From: Octopus sinensis
Taxonomy: Eukaryota
DNA: 64,000 nucleotides
Direction of reading: 5' to 3'
Assembly: GCF_006345805.1 (NCBI RefSeq)
Contig: NC_042998.1
Span: 140,926,001-140,990,000, forward strand
In this document: in pieces, positions 48,958 through 62,855 of the stretch
Position numbering within the stretch: position 1 is the first letter of the stretch
Layout of the letters: each line of letters begins with the position of its first letter
Notes under the pieces: generated by a model
Seen by the model: only the letters and a program-made list of their open reading frames with translations
Databases searched by the model: none
What the model was told of the DNA's origin: nothing
Position numbers and translations under genes: made by a program

Positions 48958-50914
48958 AGTCCCCGCTTAATCTTGTTTTCTGTCATATTTCTGTCATTTT
49001 CCCTTAGTTCCCCCCCAACCTCTTTTCACTATTTTAATCTCATTTTCCCTCTCATTCAAACTCGCTTTGCTTTAGTTTGCAGCTCACACTTATTCCTTTG
49101 TACTTAAATTATTTATTTTATTTTTCGCTCCACCTTATTTTTTTTCCCCTTATTTTCTTTATGTTTCCAATCTCCTTTTCTTCCATTCGCTTTCTAATTT
49201 CCATCTTTCTCCCTCTGGTCCCTTTTCTTTCTTCGTTGTTCCTTTTTATTCTTTGGGCGGTGGATTAACAAAATCGTTAGAACGTCGAGGGGAAAAAAAA
49301 AAAACAGAAAATCTTTTCAGTATTTGTCCTAGCTCTTTACATTCTGAGTTCAAATCATACCAAGATCGATTTAGCTTTTATTGTTACGAGATCGATGAAA
49401 TATAAAACCAGTCAAATACTGGAGATCAGCTAACCCAACACCACAAAATTATTATGATATATATTACTTTGTACTCTGTCTCTCTGTCTCTCTGTCTCTC
49501 TCTCTCATATACACATGCATACTCATGCACACACACATTTACACACACACACACAACACACACACACACATGCACACACACATGCCACACACACACACTC
49601 TCTCTCTCTCTCTTTCTCACACACACACACACACCTCTTTCTCCTCATGTGCCATGTCTATAGGTTCCAGCAATCATAGACTTCCACACCAAAATCTGAA
49701 GACTCATGAGTTTTGTCGAGAATGGTACAACAGTGGTTTCCCGTTAGCTTCTACCATTATATTCACATTTTACTCCATTAGTTCATACTTCCTTGAACTT
49801 GCCCATGAGGCACTGGGCGTTTTGAATCCTTAGACAGAGGGAGTGGTTCACGTGACATCATGGTATATTCCCACACCGGATGGTCTGTGTGACACATGTC
49901 TAAAGGTTCAGCCCTTCTCTTAGTCCTGCATGCCTAACCCACAAGCAATTATGTGCTAACCCTCTTAGTTATGTGTTTGTGCACACGTACACTGCCTTAC
50001 AACAAGCATAGAAAAAAGTGTTCGCACAGAAGGTTTCCAAGATGAAAAAATTTGAGCGATGGTCACTTACATGAATGTGCGTATGCTTTGCAAAATAAGC
50101 ACAATACAGATTTCTGCCTACACCCACAGCAAATATATATATATTAGAGGGAACATTGGCCACAAAACCATCTTCTGCGATTTAACTCATGACGAGGACC
50201 CTTGATAAGTACTTCTGCTACTGATCAGATTATATCTGGGAGTAAGAGAAACAACACCATACTCCTGAAAACTTTTGAATTTCTTAGCTGTAGTTTCACC
50301 ACCGGAAGCAGTTCAGTATCTTGTCCAGGACCCACTATATCTGAAAAGCAAAACGACGAGACGGTCACGACTGGAACGCTTTGATCACCGGTGCCAACCT
50401 GCAACAAAACCGTAGCAAGTAATCCTGCTGTCATGAAATACATTGCTGACAGTCACATATCTCATGATAGCAGCCTTGTAAGTTACTGTTAACGAATAAC
50501 ATCACGTGATGGGGTTCTTGTAGGAAATTAGAAAATATTACTGCACTCAAAGCCATGACAGCACTAAGCTTGGGATCCAATGATTAGGTAGGTAAGATAA
50601 CAAGGTACTCTAAATCAGTGGTTCTCATTTTTTGTTGCTAAAAGTCGTCACAATAGTGTTTTTCCCCTCACCATAATTTACAAAAAGAACCTAGAAAAAC
50701 CGCAGATTAATTTAATCCACCAGTAGCTAATTTCGTGCAGTGCTTTTAGTATCCATATTTTCGTATCAAACCCCTACCACCACCACTAACACCACCACCA
50801 ACACCACCACCAACACCTCAGAATATACCTATATTTAGGTATTTACAAAATCTTGTACCGGTATGATAAATTATAAGAGAAATTCCTAAAGAAGATGAGG
50901 AGTAGCATAATTCT

Positions 50915-51122
50915 AATTATTGGCACAAGGCCAGCAAATTTAAGAGGAAGGGATCGATCGATCACTTTGAACCCAGTGCTCAACCGGTACTTATTTCATT
51001 GACCTCAAAATGATGAAACGTAAAGTTAACGTCAAAGTGATTTTAACTCAGAGTGTAAAGCCGAAAAAGTGTCGCTAAGCATTTTGTCCGGCGAGCTAAT
51101 CATTCTACTAGCTCGCCGCCTT
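50915..51122 (-). mobile_element. Family A SINE
   Basis: Family A homology. Another decayed plus-strand copy lies at about 49255-49420. Confidence 0.75.
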
Positions 51123-52889
51123 GATGACTCACATCATGGAACTATTTTGGACCTTGACTTTAATCCATACAGAGACTCTTTTTAAAATGTGTTTTAAAAA
51201 ATATTGCACTTGGTTTTGAATATTAAAAAAAACAAATCTTATTTCTAGAACAAAAATCACAGTCCTCTAAAAACCCAGCGCCAACATATGCTCCCTTCAC
51301 ATTTGCTACGTCTTTGTGAATGCGCATCACACTCATCTCTGCAACGGAGTATTATCACTCAGTCTAAGAACCATTGTCCTGTGCTGATGATATCAAAATC
51401 TATAGTGATTTACCAGTGTCTAATCCAAATAAGAACTTCTAACTATAGAAAAAAAAAATATATCATAGTGTAAGAGGCAGAGTTTGTTATCCTTATGAAA
51501 AGAAAGAGAAAGAGGAAAAGAAAACTTCAATTCTTTCTTATTCTTTCTTGTTTTCTTTTCTTTTATAACTTTACTGTTGTACTGGAAATATTCACTGTCA
51601 AATATACTTAACTTTTGCTGTGAAACAGGCTTACAGGGTTACAATGCAAAAACGTTTCCTGTCAAAAACAAGGGCTGAGGTAGCTTAGGCTTGGCAATTG
51701 TCAGGCAAAGGACCACGGAGACATAGAAATATTGTAGTTGATGAAGGAGCTCGCAGTAAGACCACTTCAAGAATGATGGCCATGTAGTCTTTGCCTGAAC
51801 ATCTGTCAAGGAAATCAGTTAACAAGGCTTCTCTCTCTCTTGGTTGGAATGAGCTACACGACCTGGCCTGCTATCCAGAATTTTATGTCAACATTAAATC
51901 AGAAAAATTTACGAAGTGCAAATATTTTGAGAAGCACCTGTTACGTATATGGGTTATACCACGGTTGCCTAACTGTGAACAAATGTACAACATATATATG
52001 TTGAGAAATACATATGCTTCTCCGATTTCTTCATTTCCCATTTCTTTTTAATGGAAAATTATCCTTTTCTTTTAATTACAAAATTAAATGGAAAAGTTTC
52101 GCAAGTTAACTGTAACATTTTATCGAAAGATGTAAACTCCACTAGAAGAAAGCAAAAGTGTGATTTCGTATAGCCGAGTAAAGAATATTCAAAAACCTAC
52201 ATAACGATGAACTTAATTTCAACACCAGATCAGAGAAGTTTGCAAAATGCAGACACTTTGAAAAGCACCTGATGCGCAATTAGGTAGCACCACATTTGCC
52301 TGACTAGCTATGCACAAACATACATATAGTGAGAAATACATGTGCTTCCACTTCATTTTATTTCATTTCTTTTTCATTGTTTTCTTCCCGTCTTTCCTTT
52401 TTCCACATTCTACTGTTTTTATGTTTGCTACTTCTGTTGGAACCCCGTATTTTTCTATGCTCAGTATTTTTATTTTTATTTCTTTGCTCATTTTTATTCT
52501 TTTAAGATTAACACTGGCTATACTTTAGGAGCAATATCTTTGCCACCGACAAGTTGTGCACTATAACACATGCGGACATATTTTAATGTTTTTAAAATAT
52601 TTTTCGAAACATGACTGAATAACCGAAGACTTGATCTGATCAAATACTTTTATAACAAAAGACTATTAGTAACCACAGTGGGCTGTATGTCCTTCATATT
52701 AAAGTATTTCTATGTGCTATATATTTGTATGTAGTGCAGTATATTTTTTGACACTCTTTATCAAACCTGATTCGATACGATTGTTTCTACATTTGTACGT
52801 CCATATATTTACAGGCATCCATACATATATGCACACACAAAAGCACATACACTCACATACATACATAAAAACATTTCGTGTGAACAAGA

Positions 52890-52937
<48 letters not shown>

Positions 52938-53815
52938 AGAGAGAGAAGAGAGAGAGAGAAGATAGCACTCAATATTAAAAGATGGGGATATATAATGTAT
53001 TTTATTGGAAGCTGAAAATTTACAAATGTTTACTCACTGTTTCTTCGAACGGTCAAGAATTATGGAACTAAAAATCTTCTTTAAAAGATGTTATAGAGAT
53101 GCTTGGATATTATGGCATACTTTGACATGATGGCATTGAAAAAAAAAGGAGTCTGGACTTGGTATTTGATTATGTAACAGATATTTTAATTATTAGTGAA
53201 ATGTGAGGTTACAGCAATAACGACTTGTGGAGCCGGTAAGTGGAAACTCACTGAGAGACGAGCAGACAGCAGGAGAAATCTTCAGAGACAGAACTCTTTT
53301 CAAGCAAGTGTTTCGGCCCTTAGGTTCCCAGCACTCTAAGGGGGCCGGACCTGCCCAGGTGATGACTTCTAGGTGTCCTCCTACTATTGTTGGATTGCCA
53401 CCTTTGATGGGATTTAACTCGGAACCTTCGAGTGATCTTACTTCTCTGAACTGTGGTGTGAATCACTCAGCCACGAATATCACCGCAAGAACTTGCGCTG
53501 TGGATATATTTCAAACTGGGTTTCCCTCCTAAAATGTGTATTTATTTCTTCTTTTACTAGGTCTATTCCATATTTCCTTTCTCGTATTACACCTTATTAT
53601 AATCTTACATTCATGAAATATGTGTTATCTTTCTCTCACTCTTTCTTTCTTTCTCTAACACCACTCTTACTATCTACTTTTTCCTCATTCCCTTTCCTAA
53701 CTATCATCTTCCATGTATCAGTACAGTCCCCTTATCAATTTCATATATGCCGTTATCTTCAGTGAGTTTAGTGGGTTTAAAAGGTTTAAAAGAAAGCTAA
53801 TCTGCCTGAAATGTC

Positions 53816-53855
<40 letters not shown>

Positions 53856-53896
53856 CACTTCAGACAGATTAGCTTTCTTTATGTGTGTGTGTGTGT

Positions 53897-53940
<44 letters not shown>

Positions 53941-55064
53941 TGTGTATCTATGTATCTGTGTATGTATTATATGAGCATACCTTTAGAAACATGTTGCGAT
54001 ATCTCCTGATTCTTGATCCCCTTTCCCTTTTCTAAATCAGAGATCTTCGATAACACCACATATTAACTAACAAACACCAATTAAATGATTCAGTGCAGTA
54101 TTTAACAGATAAGCCCTGTAAACCCTATTAACCTACCTATGACCTATATAACAAACATATCAGTATAATCCAATGGTTCTCAATATTTTTGACCCCGCGG
54201 TGCACTGGAGTTCAGTTTGTGGCGGGTATCAAAATGTAATACTGGTGTATTTCACGTGGCGAGTTAATGAAAATCTACTTTCATGTTAAAAGAGCGTAGA
54301 AAACTATTGCTTTGTAAAATTAAGTGTGTATGTATTAATATATTGAAGAAATAGATTTTCAATATTATATGCATGGTATTTGTAATGCACTGTTTGATTC
54401 AAACAATCTCGGAAATTGGGAAATGAAATTCTGACAACATATTTATGATGAAAAGGGGCAATATAAATAACTGGTATGTGTGTGTGTATGTGTGTGTGTG
54501 TGTGTGTGGTGTGTGTGTGTGTGTGTGTGTGTGTTGTGTGTGTGTATAGAATATAAGGAAAGTCAGGTGGAATGAAATGAATATATTTATTTAAAGCAGT
54601 TGATATCCATAGGATGACGATAGTTTCACACCCTTCTATACCTGCATCATATATTTTTCTGTATGGCTTCCATATGATTACATTTGTTTCGTAACCTTCT
54701 TCATGTAGTATTATTTTCAGTATGCAAATAATATTACCTGAAAAAGGCTAAGAAACTGTGGTATTGATATGGTAGTCATACAGAAAAAAATAAATCAATT
54801 TTCATCTCTCACACTTCATGTTTTACGCGCGCACGCCAGTACGTGTGTGTGTGTGTGTGTGTGTACAGTAAACTGTGATTCAATATTTTACGGATTCAAC
54901 AGAAAAATTTGTGGCAGTGACTGAGAGAGAGAGAGAGAGAGAGAGAGGGGAGCGAGAAAGACGAAAGGAGAGACAGACAGACAGACAGATAGAGAGAGTG
55001 GGAGAAGAGGACTACGCGGATAAAATTGTTTCGCCTCATAAACTCTACTTATTTTCACTTTGGA

Positions 55065-55577
55065 CTAAACTCTCGATTAAATAAGTACCAGTTACGCACT
55101 GGGGTCGATATAATCGACTTAATCCGTTTGTCCTTGTTTGTCCTCTCTGTGTTTAGCCCATTGTGGGTAGTAAAAAAATAGGCATTTCATCCATCTTTAC
55201 GTTCTGACTCCAAATTCCGCCGAGGTCGACTTTGCTTTTCATCTTTTCGGGGTCGACAAAACGAGCACTAGCTGGGTACTGGGTGGATGCAATCGACTAT
55301 CCCACTCCCCAAAATGTCGGGCCTTGTGCCAAAATTTGAAACCATTAATATAATTATTAAGGTAGTGAGCTGGCAAAATCGTTAGCGTGCCGGACAAATT
55401 GCTTAGCGGCATTTTAACCGTCTTTACATTCTGGGTTCAAATTCTGCCGAGGTCGACTTTGCTTTTCATCTTTTGTGGTCGATAAAAAGTAGCAATTGAG
55501 TACTAGGGTCGACTTATCCTCACACCGAAATTGCTGGCTTTGTGCCCAAATTATCATTATTATTATTATTATTATTA

Positions 55578-55616
<39 letters not shown>

Positions 55617-55930
55617 CGCCGAGGTCAACTTTACCTTTCATCCTATCGGGATCGATAAATTAAGTACCACAAAATTTCAGGATTTGTGCTTATAGTAGAA
55701 TGGATTATTATAATTAAGGCGGTGAGCCGGCAGAATCATTAGCACGCGGAGTAAAATGCTTAGCGCCATTTCGACTTTACGTTCTGAGGTCAAATTACGC
55801 CGTGATCGACTTCGCCTTTCATTGTTTTGGAGTCAATAAAAATAAGTACCAGTTGAGTACTAGGGTCAATGTAACTGAGTAGTCTCCTACCCCAAAATTT
55901 CAGGCTTTGTACTTTTAATAGAAAGGTTTA

Positions 55931-55966
<36 letters not shown>

Positions 55967-56214
55967 TATTATTATTATTATTATTGTTATTGCATCGAAA
56001 TAAAGCGGTGAGCTGGCAGAATCGTTAGTGCGCCGGGCAAAATGCTTAGCGGCATTTCGTTCCTCATTACATTTTGAGTTCAAATTCCACCGAGGTCGAC
56101 TTTGCTTTCCATCCTTTCGGGGTTGTTAAATTAAGTACCAGTTGAAGCCTGGGACCGATGCAATCGACTTATTCCCTCCCCCAGAATTGCTGGCTTGTAC
56201 CAAAATTTGAAACC
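55065..56214 (+). mobile_element. Head-to-tail cluster of five family A SINE copies separated by (TTA)n
   Basis: Copies at about 55065-55345 (dimer type), 55357-55552, 55615-55705 (partial), 55714-55925 and 56000-56214. Confidence 0.85.
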
Positions 56215-56341
56215 GTTCTTTATAGAAGTAAACGATGTACATGTACCGAACCAAGGCGGATCTATCGATACTCTATGAAAAGTCTACCTGTCAGAATGGT
56301 TAGTCTGTAGGCATCGCTGCCCTATAATGAGAAAGTTGAGT

Positions 56342-56376
<35 letters not shown>

Positions 56377-56573
56377 AGAGAGAGAGAGAGAGAGACGGCT
56401 AGGAGAGACAGAGAGAGAAAGAGAGAGATAGACAGACAGACAGAGGCTGACAGATATTGTGAAAATGAGCAAGAAAAAAATGAGAATGTACAGAGTGAGA
56501 AGAGAGCGTGGAGAAAAGAAAGAAGACGGGAGAGGAATGAAAAGGAGAGACAAGAAAAACGAAGCCAGAGATT

Positions 56574-56609
<36 letters not shown>

Positions 56610-56895
56610 TGGAATAAGAAGGAGAAAGGGGGAGATGGTCAGAGGATCGAGAAATAAAGGGGAAAAAAAAGATATTTATCCAAATAACATTCTGATACAT
56701 GTAAAGCGTTAAAGCAAGTATTAGATTGTCAGATAAATTTGTTCATTTCTTTCTATTGTTATTTGAATTAGCAAGAAAAATATCGTAGTGCTTTGTGGAG
56801 TTTTTGAAGCTCTATTCTTCTTCAAAAACTTTTGTTTTATCGTTTTTGAAATTTGAATAAATTGCACCTCTCTTTGGACATATGACTATGGAATA

Positions 56896-57401
56896 TCTAT
56901 ATATATAAAACTGTAGTTGTGTGAGTGTCTGTCCCCTTCGATTTAGATTCCTAACTACTCCCACATTTTGCGGTGCAGTTTAACCAAATTCGGGTATCTT
57001 ATAGTCGTGATTCATATCGAGCCCGTCTGAGTATTAGCGCGCGTCTACGATGAGTCTACGATTTTAAAATAATTAACATAATTTTTTATTCCATTTTAAT
57101 GCATAATTTTTCGTGTGTCGATGGCGGCGGAGTTGGCGTCCAACACCTGCACCTGTTTGCTTCTCCCCCTTCTTCCCTCCCTCGTGAAGCTGTGGGGAAG
57201 GGAGTGTAAGGAAATCAACGTCGTAAAGCGTTGTCAAGGAGACCAGCGTTCTTTTAGAACAACGACTTCATGGCTTGAAGACACCAAAACAGAAATGGCT
57301 AAGAAAGCCCGAATTGGCATCTATAAGGGAAGTAACTCTCTAAAAATGCTTATATAGTTATTTCCCTTACAAACCCGAGCAACGCCGGGCGATACTGCTA
57401 G
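56896..57401 (+). mobile_element. Complete non-autonomous Helitron (506 bp)
   Basis: A|TCTATATATATAAAA 5' end; 3' hairpin CCCG-AGCAACGC-CGGG and CTAG|T; inserted at an AT site with no TSD. Confidence 0.9.
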
Positions 57402-58117
57402 TCCAAATATAAAACAACGAGCATTTTCGACACCTGCATCTCTTCGTTTTCAATAACTGTTCCAAAGCTACCAAAACTGCTCGAGACATTTGAGTTGTGT
57501 AATAAGAAAGCGTTATTTCTGAAAGTGCTGCACAGAAATGATTTTCATTCTTCAAGGAAGGGAAATTCGACCTCACAGACTCTCCGCGTTCCAGTCGAGC
57601 TATTCAGTTAAATGCGGATCGAGTGAACAAGCTCATCCACGGGGATACGCGCGAGTCCCCTTGGGAATTAGCCCAATAGACAGGACACTCTCACGATACC
57701 ATCACTTGTCATCTTCACTAGCTGGATAAGGTCTCAAAATTCGATCTATGAGTGTCACACGTTCTGAACAAAAGAGACAATCTCTAGTGCTTCTCTGTCA
57801 CCGCCAGTTTTTTCGCTCGACACACAGCTACTCGTGGACACAAACACAAATTTCTTTACTACATTGTCATCGGCGATGGAAAATAGTGTCTTTACGTCGG
57901 TATGAAACAGAAAGAAATGGCTGAGCGTCAACAAGCAAGTCACATCTTGAGCCAAACAAGAGCTGCATCCACGCTAGACAATTATTTACGCTTAATGGGA
58001 TTGGAAAGAGCTAATGCATTAGGAAATGCTTGAAAACAGCTACATCGTCAATATAGAGCTTTACGTTCAATAAATGCACAGGATGAGCGAGGCAACCCAA
58101 TGACATACCTTGACTGT

Positions 58118-58395
58118 GTGGAGGCACATGGCCTAGTGATTAGAGCAGCGGACTCGCGGTCGAGGGATCGCCGGTTCGAATCTCAAACCGGGTGTTGTAC
58201 GAATCTCAAACCGGGTAATGGCGAACTTCTGCTGACTCGTTCGCCACAACTTTCTCTCACTCTTTCCTCCTGCATCTTGCAGCTCACCTGCGACGGACCG
58301 GCGTCCTGTCCAGGTGTGGAACCTATACGCCAAGGAAACCGGGAAACCGGCCCTTATGAGCCACGCATGGCTCGAGAAGTTACAAACAACAAAAC
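58118..58395 (+). mobile_element. Family C SINE inside the mariner, approximately 11-bp TSD
   Basis: accttgactgt (58107-58117) / accctgactgt (58396-58406); tRNA-like head gtggaggcacatggcctagtgattagagcagcggactcgcggtcg...ggttcgaatc. Confidence 0.8.
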
Positions 58396-58717
58396 ACCCT
58401 GACTGTCGACCAGGCGTACTCTTCCAAGACGAAAACGCTCACTCCTGTGTCGCTAATTTGACCAAAAATGCTATTCAAGAGCTCTGTTGGGAAGTTCTAT
58501 CGCACCGATCGTTTTCTCCTGATGCAGAGCCTTCAGATTATCACCTCTTACGGTCGTTCTCCAACAGTCTGTGAGTTGTTTCATTCAACAACTACGTGGA
58601 GCTAAAAACGTGACTCACTGAATTCTTCGAGTCAAAACTCAGTGGTTTCTCCGTCAACGCACTGACAAGCTAGTGGAATGTTGGCAAAAGGTCGTGAACA
58701 ACGAAGGAGAATATATT

Positions 58718-59069
58718 CTTTTCTACTCTAGGTACAAGGCCCGAAATTTTTGGGGAGGGGTCAGTGTATTAGATCGACCCCGGTATGCAACTTGTACTTA
58801 ATTCATCAACTCCGAAAGGCAAAGTCGACATCGGCGGAATTTGAACTCAGAATGTAAAGACAGACGAAATACCTATTTCTTTACTATCCACAAGGGACTA
58901 AACACGGAGAGGACAAACAAGGACAGACAAACGGATTAAGTCGATTTTATCGACACCAGTGCGTAACAGGTACTTAATTTATCGACCCCGAAAGGATGAA
59001 AGGCAGAGTCGACCACGGCGGAATTTGAACTCAGAACGTGCTGATGTTACTGCCAGCTCGCCGCCTTTT
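58718..59069 (-). mobile_element. Dimeric family A SINE inside the mariner, 18-bp TSD
   Basis: aacgaaggagaatatatt (58700-58717) / aacgaaagagaatatatt (59070-59087). Confidence 0.88.
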
Positions 59070-59400
59070 AACGAAAGAGAATATATTATCGACTGATTCG
59101 TTAAAATTTAAATTGTTGATGAAAAAAAAAAAGGAATTATTAAAATTAACAGGAAAAAACAACAACAACAACAAAAGAAAGCGAAATGAATTTATCTGGC
59201 AATCCAATATTTCCTTTTTCTTTTTTGTTGCCGTTCAGTCATCAAGAACAGAAGTGGTTGGATTGTCACTTAAGGCGTTCGCTCGGCATCCATATAAATG
59301 ACAATTTTCCTTTAATCTAGGGAGCTTCATATTTTTGTTTATATGCATAAACTCACTTTCACATTTGCGGTAAAGTTTCTCAGTTTACGTATACACATAG

Positions 59401-59441
<41 letters not shown>

Positions 59442-59569
59442 ATTCATATTATATATAAATGAGTGTGTATACATGTATAATTTATATTTTATATACATTT
59501 TTCTTCTACCAATTCTAGTTCTCGGATAGAGCTTTACGTATTTTCTCCGTATTTCGATATTTGAGGATT

Positions 59570-59616
59570 TTTTGTTGTTGTCGTTGTTGTTGTGGTTGTT
59601 TTGTTGTTGTTGCTGC

Positions 59617-59650
<34 letters not shown>

Positions 59651-59850
59651 CATCCACTTCAGTTATATTCCCAAGTGTTGCGATTTTGGACTTATGTTAA
59701 TATTGATTCATCTTTGATGTTTTCTTCTTCTTCTTCTTCTTCTTCTTCTTCTTCTTCTTCTTCTTCTTTTTCTTCTTCTTTTCTTCTTCTTCTTCTTCTT
59801 CTTCTTCTTCTTCTTCTTCTTCTTCTTCTTCTTCTTCTTCTTCTTCTTCT
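59570..59850. repeat. (TTG)n and (TTC)n trinucleotide tracts
   Basis: Directly visible. Confidence 0.95.
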
Positions 59851-60069
59851 TCAATGTGGTTGAACATTTTACCCCATTTTAAAAAAATTTTGTTTTATGT
59901 TGTTTTGTTTTTTTGTGTCCCTATTAAGTGTTTTCTTTTGAAGTCCTTCATGTTTAACATAAATTAGTTTACCGCAATAAGACTATGTATGGCTTACATG
60001 GGTTAAATACAATCTCTGTTTGCGTACGGCACATTCAGTTGCATTATTTTTTCGCTTATTTTATACACG

Positions 60070-60278
60070 AACACACACACACATACACACACGCATGCAT
60101 GCATACATACATACATACAAACATACAAACATACAAACATGCATATATACGCATACACATATTCACACACACACACACACATATTATATATATATATATA
60201 TACACGCATACATATGTTCACACATAGATGCGTACATATCGATATATCATATACATATGATATAATATATATATATAA

Positions 60279-60319
<41 letters not shown>

Positions 60320-60349
60320 CATATATATGCTTATATATATATATGCTTA

Positions 60350-60381
<32 letters not shown>

Positions 60382-60842
60382 CATATATGTTTATATATAC
60401 ACAGACTCACACACATACACACACATATTTATATACACGCGCGCACAAACATATTTATATGCGTGTATTTGTATATATATATAATATCATATATATTTAG
60501 TTATTCTCATTTATGAGTATGTATGTCTGTGTATGATTATACACACACACACACACACACATACGCACACGCGCGCGCGCACGCACGCACACACGCGCGC
60601 GCGCACAAGCACACACACACGCACACCCTTGAAGAGTTATTAATTTTATTTGTTCATTTTCTTCAATCGCTTCTATTAGATTTTAAGAAACCGTTTCTTG
60701 TGACGCTGTTATGATTTGTATTTTCACTCCATCAGATTTTCTTTTTAGCTGGCGGACGTTTCCCTCTCTTTTTGTGTCGCTGTACTCAATGTGTCCATTA
60801 TCCATTAAGCTAGTTGGGTTCCGAGTAAAATTTTTTTTCATC

Positions 60843-60893
<51 letters not shown>

Positions 60894-61197
60894 CATCATC
60901 ATTTTTTTTGTCTTATGCTCTTTCTTCCTGTTTGTCCTTTGTTATTAGGACCTTAATTGAGTTCCACCTAATTTCGTTAGTGTTTATATTGCTTGAGAAT
61001 ATTGGTTTATGGCTAATAGTTCTTCTTCTAAATGTATTTTTCTCCTTTCCAACGATAATCTGCAGAATATTAGCTAAATGTATTATTGTTTATCTATTGC
61101 CCAGACAACAACAAACTAATGTTACACGCCGTTTTAAAGGTTTATTTCTTTTGTGATTATTCTCACTTGTAAATTAATAATAATAATAATAATAATG

Positions 61198-61265
<68 letters not shown>

Positions 61266-61350
61266 TGAATTTTGTAAAATGCTTTTCTTGCCTTAGATTC
61301 TCTGCCTTCAGTACTTGTCATGTTCTTGTAAATGGCTTTTAATATTCCTG

Positions 61351-61422
<72 letters not shown>

Positions 61423-61524
61423 TCACACACACACATGCATATATATATACATACATACACACACATATACACATGTACATATACATGTATGTATCTACGT
61501 ATATGTTTATATATATACATATAT

Positions 61525-61558
<34 letters not shown>

Positions 61559-61579
61559 CTATATATCATATATATATAT

Positions 61580-61660
<81 letters not shown>
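60070..61660. repeat. Microsatellite-dense zone ((CA), (TA), (TAT), (AAT/AAC))
   Basis: Directly visible. Confidence 0.85.
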
Positions 61661-61877
61661 TAGGATCGCAGCAGTGTTCGATAAACTCCTCGACTTGTCC
61701 TTTCTAAATTGATTGCAAAGTTGTTGTATTTTGATATATTTCTGAAAGGTTATCAGAAGGTTTTTCTTAATTAATTAATTTAATGAGCTCGATTTATTAC
61801 TATATTTTTTCCGAAATCAAGGTTCTGACTGCTAAATTGTCTCCCTTTAATAGTCACTCTTTTATAAAAGACTCGTA

Positions 61878-62254
61878 GTACTCCGTCGGTTACGACAATA
61901 AGGCTTCTAGTTGATCCAACCAACGGAACAGCCTGCTCCTGAAATTAACGTGCAAATGGCTGAGCACTCCACAGACACGTGTACCCTTAACGTAGTTCTC
62001 GAAGTGATTCAGCGTGACACTAAGTGTGACAAGGCCTGCCCTTTGAAATACAGGTACAACAGAGGCAGGAAGAAAGAGTGAGAGAAAGTTGTGGTGAAGG
62101 AGTACAGCAGGGTTCACCACTACCCCCAGCCGGTGCCTCGTGGAGCTTAGGTGTTTTCGCTCAATGAACATTCACAATGCCCGGTCTGGGAATTGAAACC
62201 ACGATCCTACGACCGCGAGTCCGCTGCCCTTACCACTGGGCCATTGCGCCTCCA
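61878..62254 (-). mobile_element. tRNA-headed SINE (family C-related head, different body)
   Basis: Head gtggaggcgcaatggcccagtggtaagggcagcggactcgcggtcgtaggatcgtggtttcaattccc. Confidence 0.75.
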
Positions 62255-62469
62255 CTATAGAAGACTACAATGCTAACGAATAATGATATGAATACATTTC
62301 GTGTTTTTTTTTTCTTTTTTCGTTTGCGAGATTCTTGACGTGAAGTCGTGTTGAAATAGGGGTTGTTGTTTCCTGAAGAGGGGTGTGAGGGTCATTATGC
62401 CAATAATAATCACAGGTACTAGTTTTATTTCACATCTTATGTCATTATCACTCAACTAAAAGCAACTAG

Positions 62470-62850
62470 CTGGAAGAATGTTTAGCGCTGGAATAATGGT
62501 CAACACGCTTGACAAAATCGGTATATTTTTCGGTAGAGTTTAGACTTAGAACTTAAGTTCTGAGTCTAAACTCTACCGAGGTCGAGGTCGAATTTACCTG
62601 TCATCTTTTGGGATTAATAAAATACGTACCAGTTGAACACTGAGGTCGATGATTCGGCTTATTCCCCTTTCCAAAATTGCTGGCATTGTGCCAAAATTTG
62701 AAACCATTATTACTCAATTAAGAGCAGCGAACCTGAAGAATGGTTAACGCGCCGAACAATGCTTAGCGGCATCTTTTCCAGCTCTTTAAGTTCTGAATTC
62801 AAAGGCTACCGAGGTCGACTTTGTCTTTCAAATTTCGGGATCGATGAAAT
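62470..62850 (+). mobile_element. Two decayed family A SINE copies, the second truncated by a mariner
   Basis: Family A homology at about 62470-62706 and 62720-62850. Confidence 0.7.
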
Positions 62851-62855
62851 ATGTA

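Larger units (their letters stand above)
56721..59207 (+). mobile_element. Mariner element with three nested insertions
   Basis: TA TSDs at 56719-56720 and 59208-59209. TIRs ttagattgtcagataaatt / reverse complement of aatttatctggcaatccaa. Transposase remnants EHFRHL, IVIGDGK, DENA, FSPDAEPSDYHLLRS. Confidence 0.88.

Noticed and set aside
48002-49107. 322-aa and 249-aa S/F/L-rich ORFs
   Set aside because: They are stop-free only because of the (TC)n/(TTTC)n tract.
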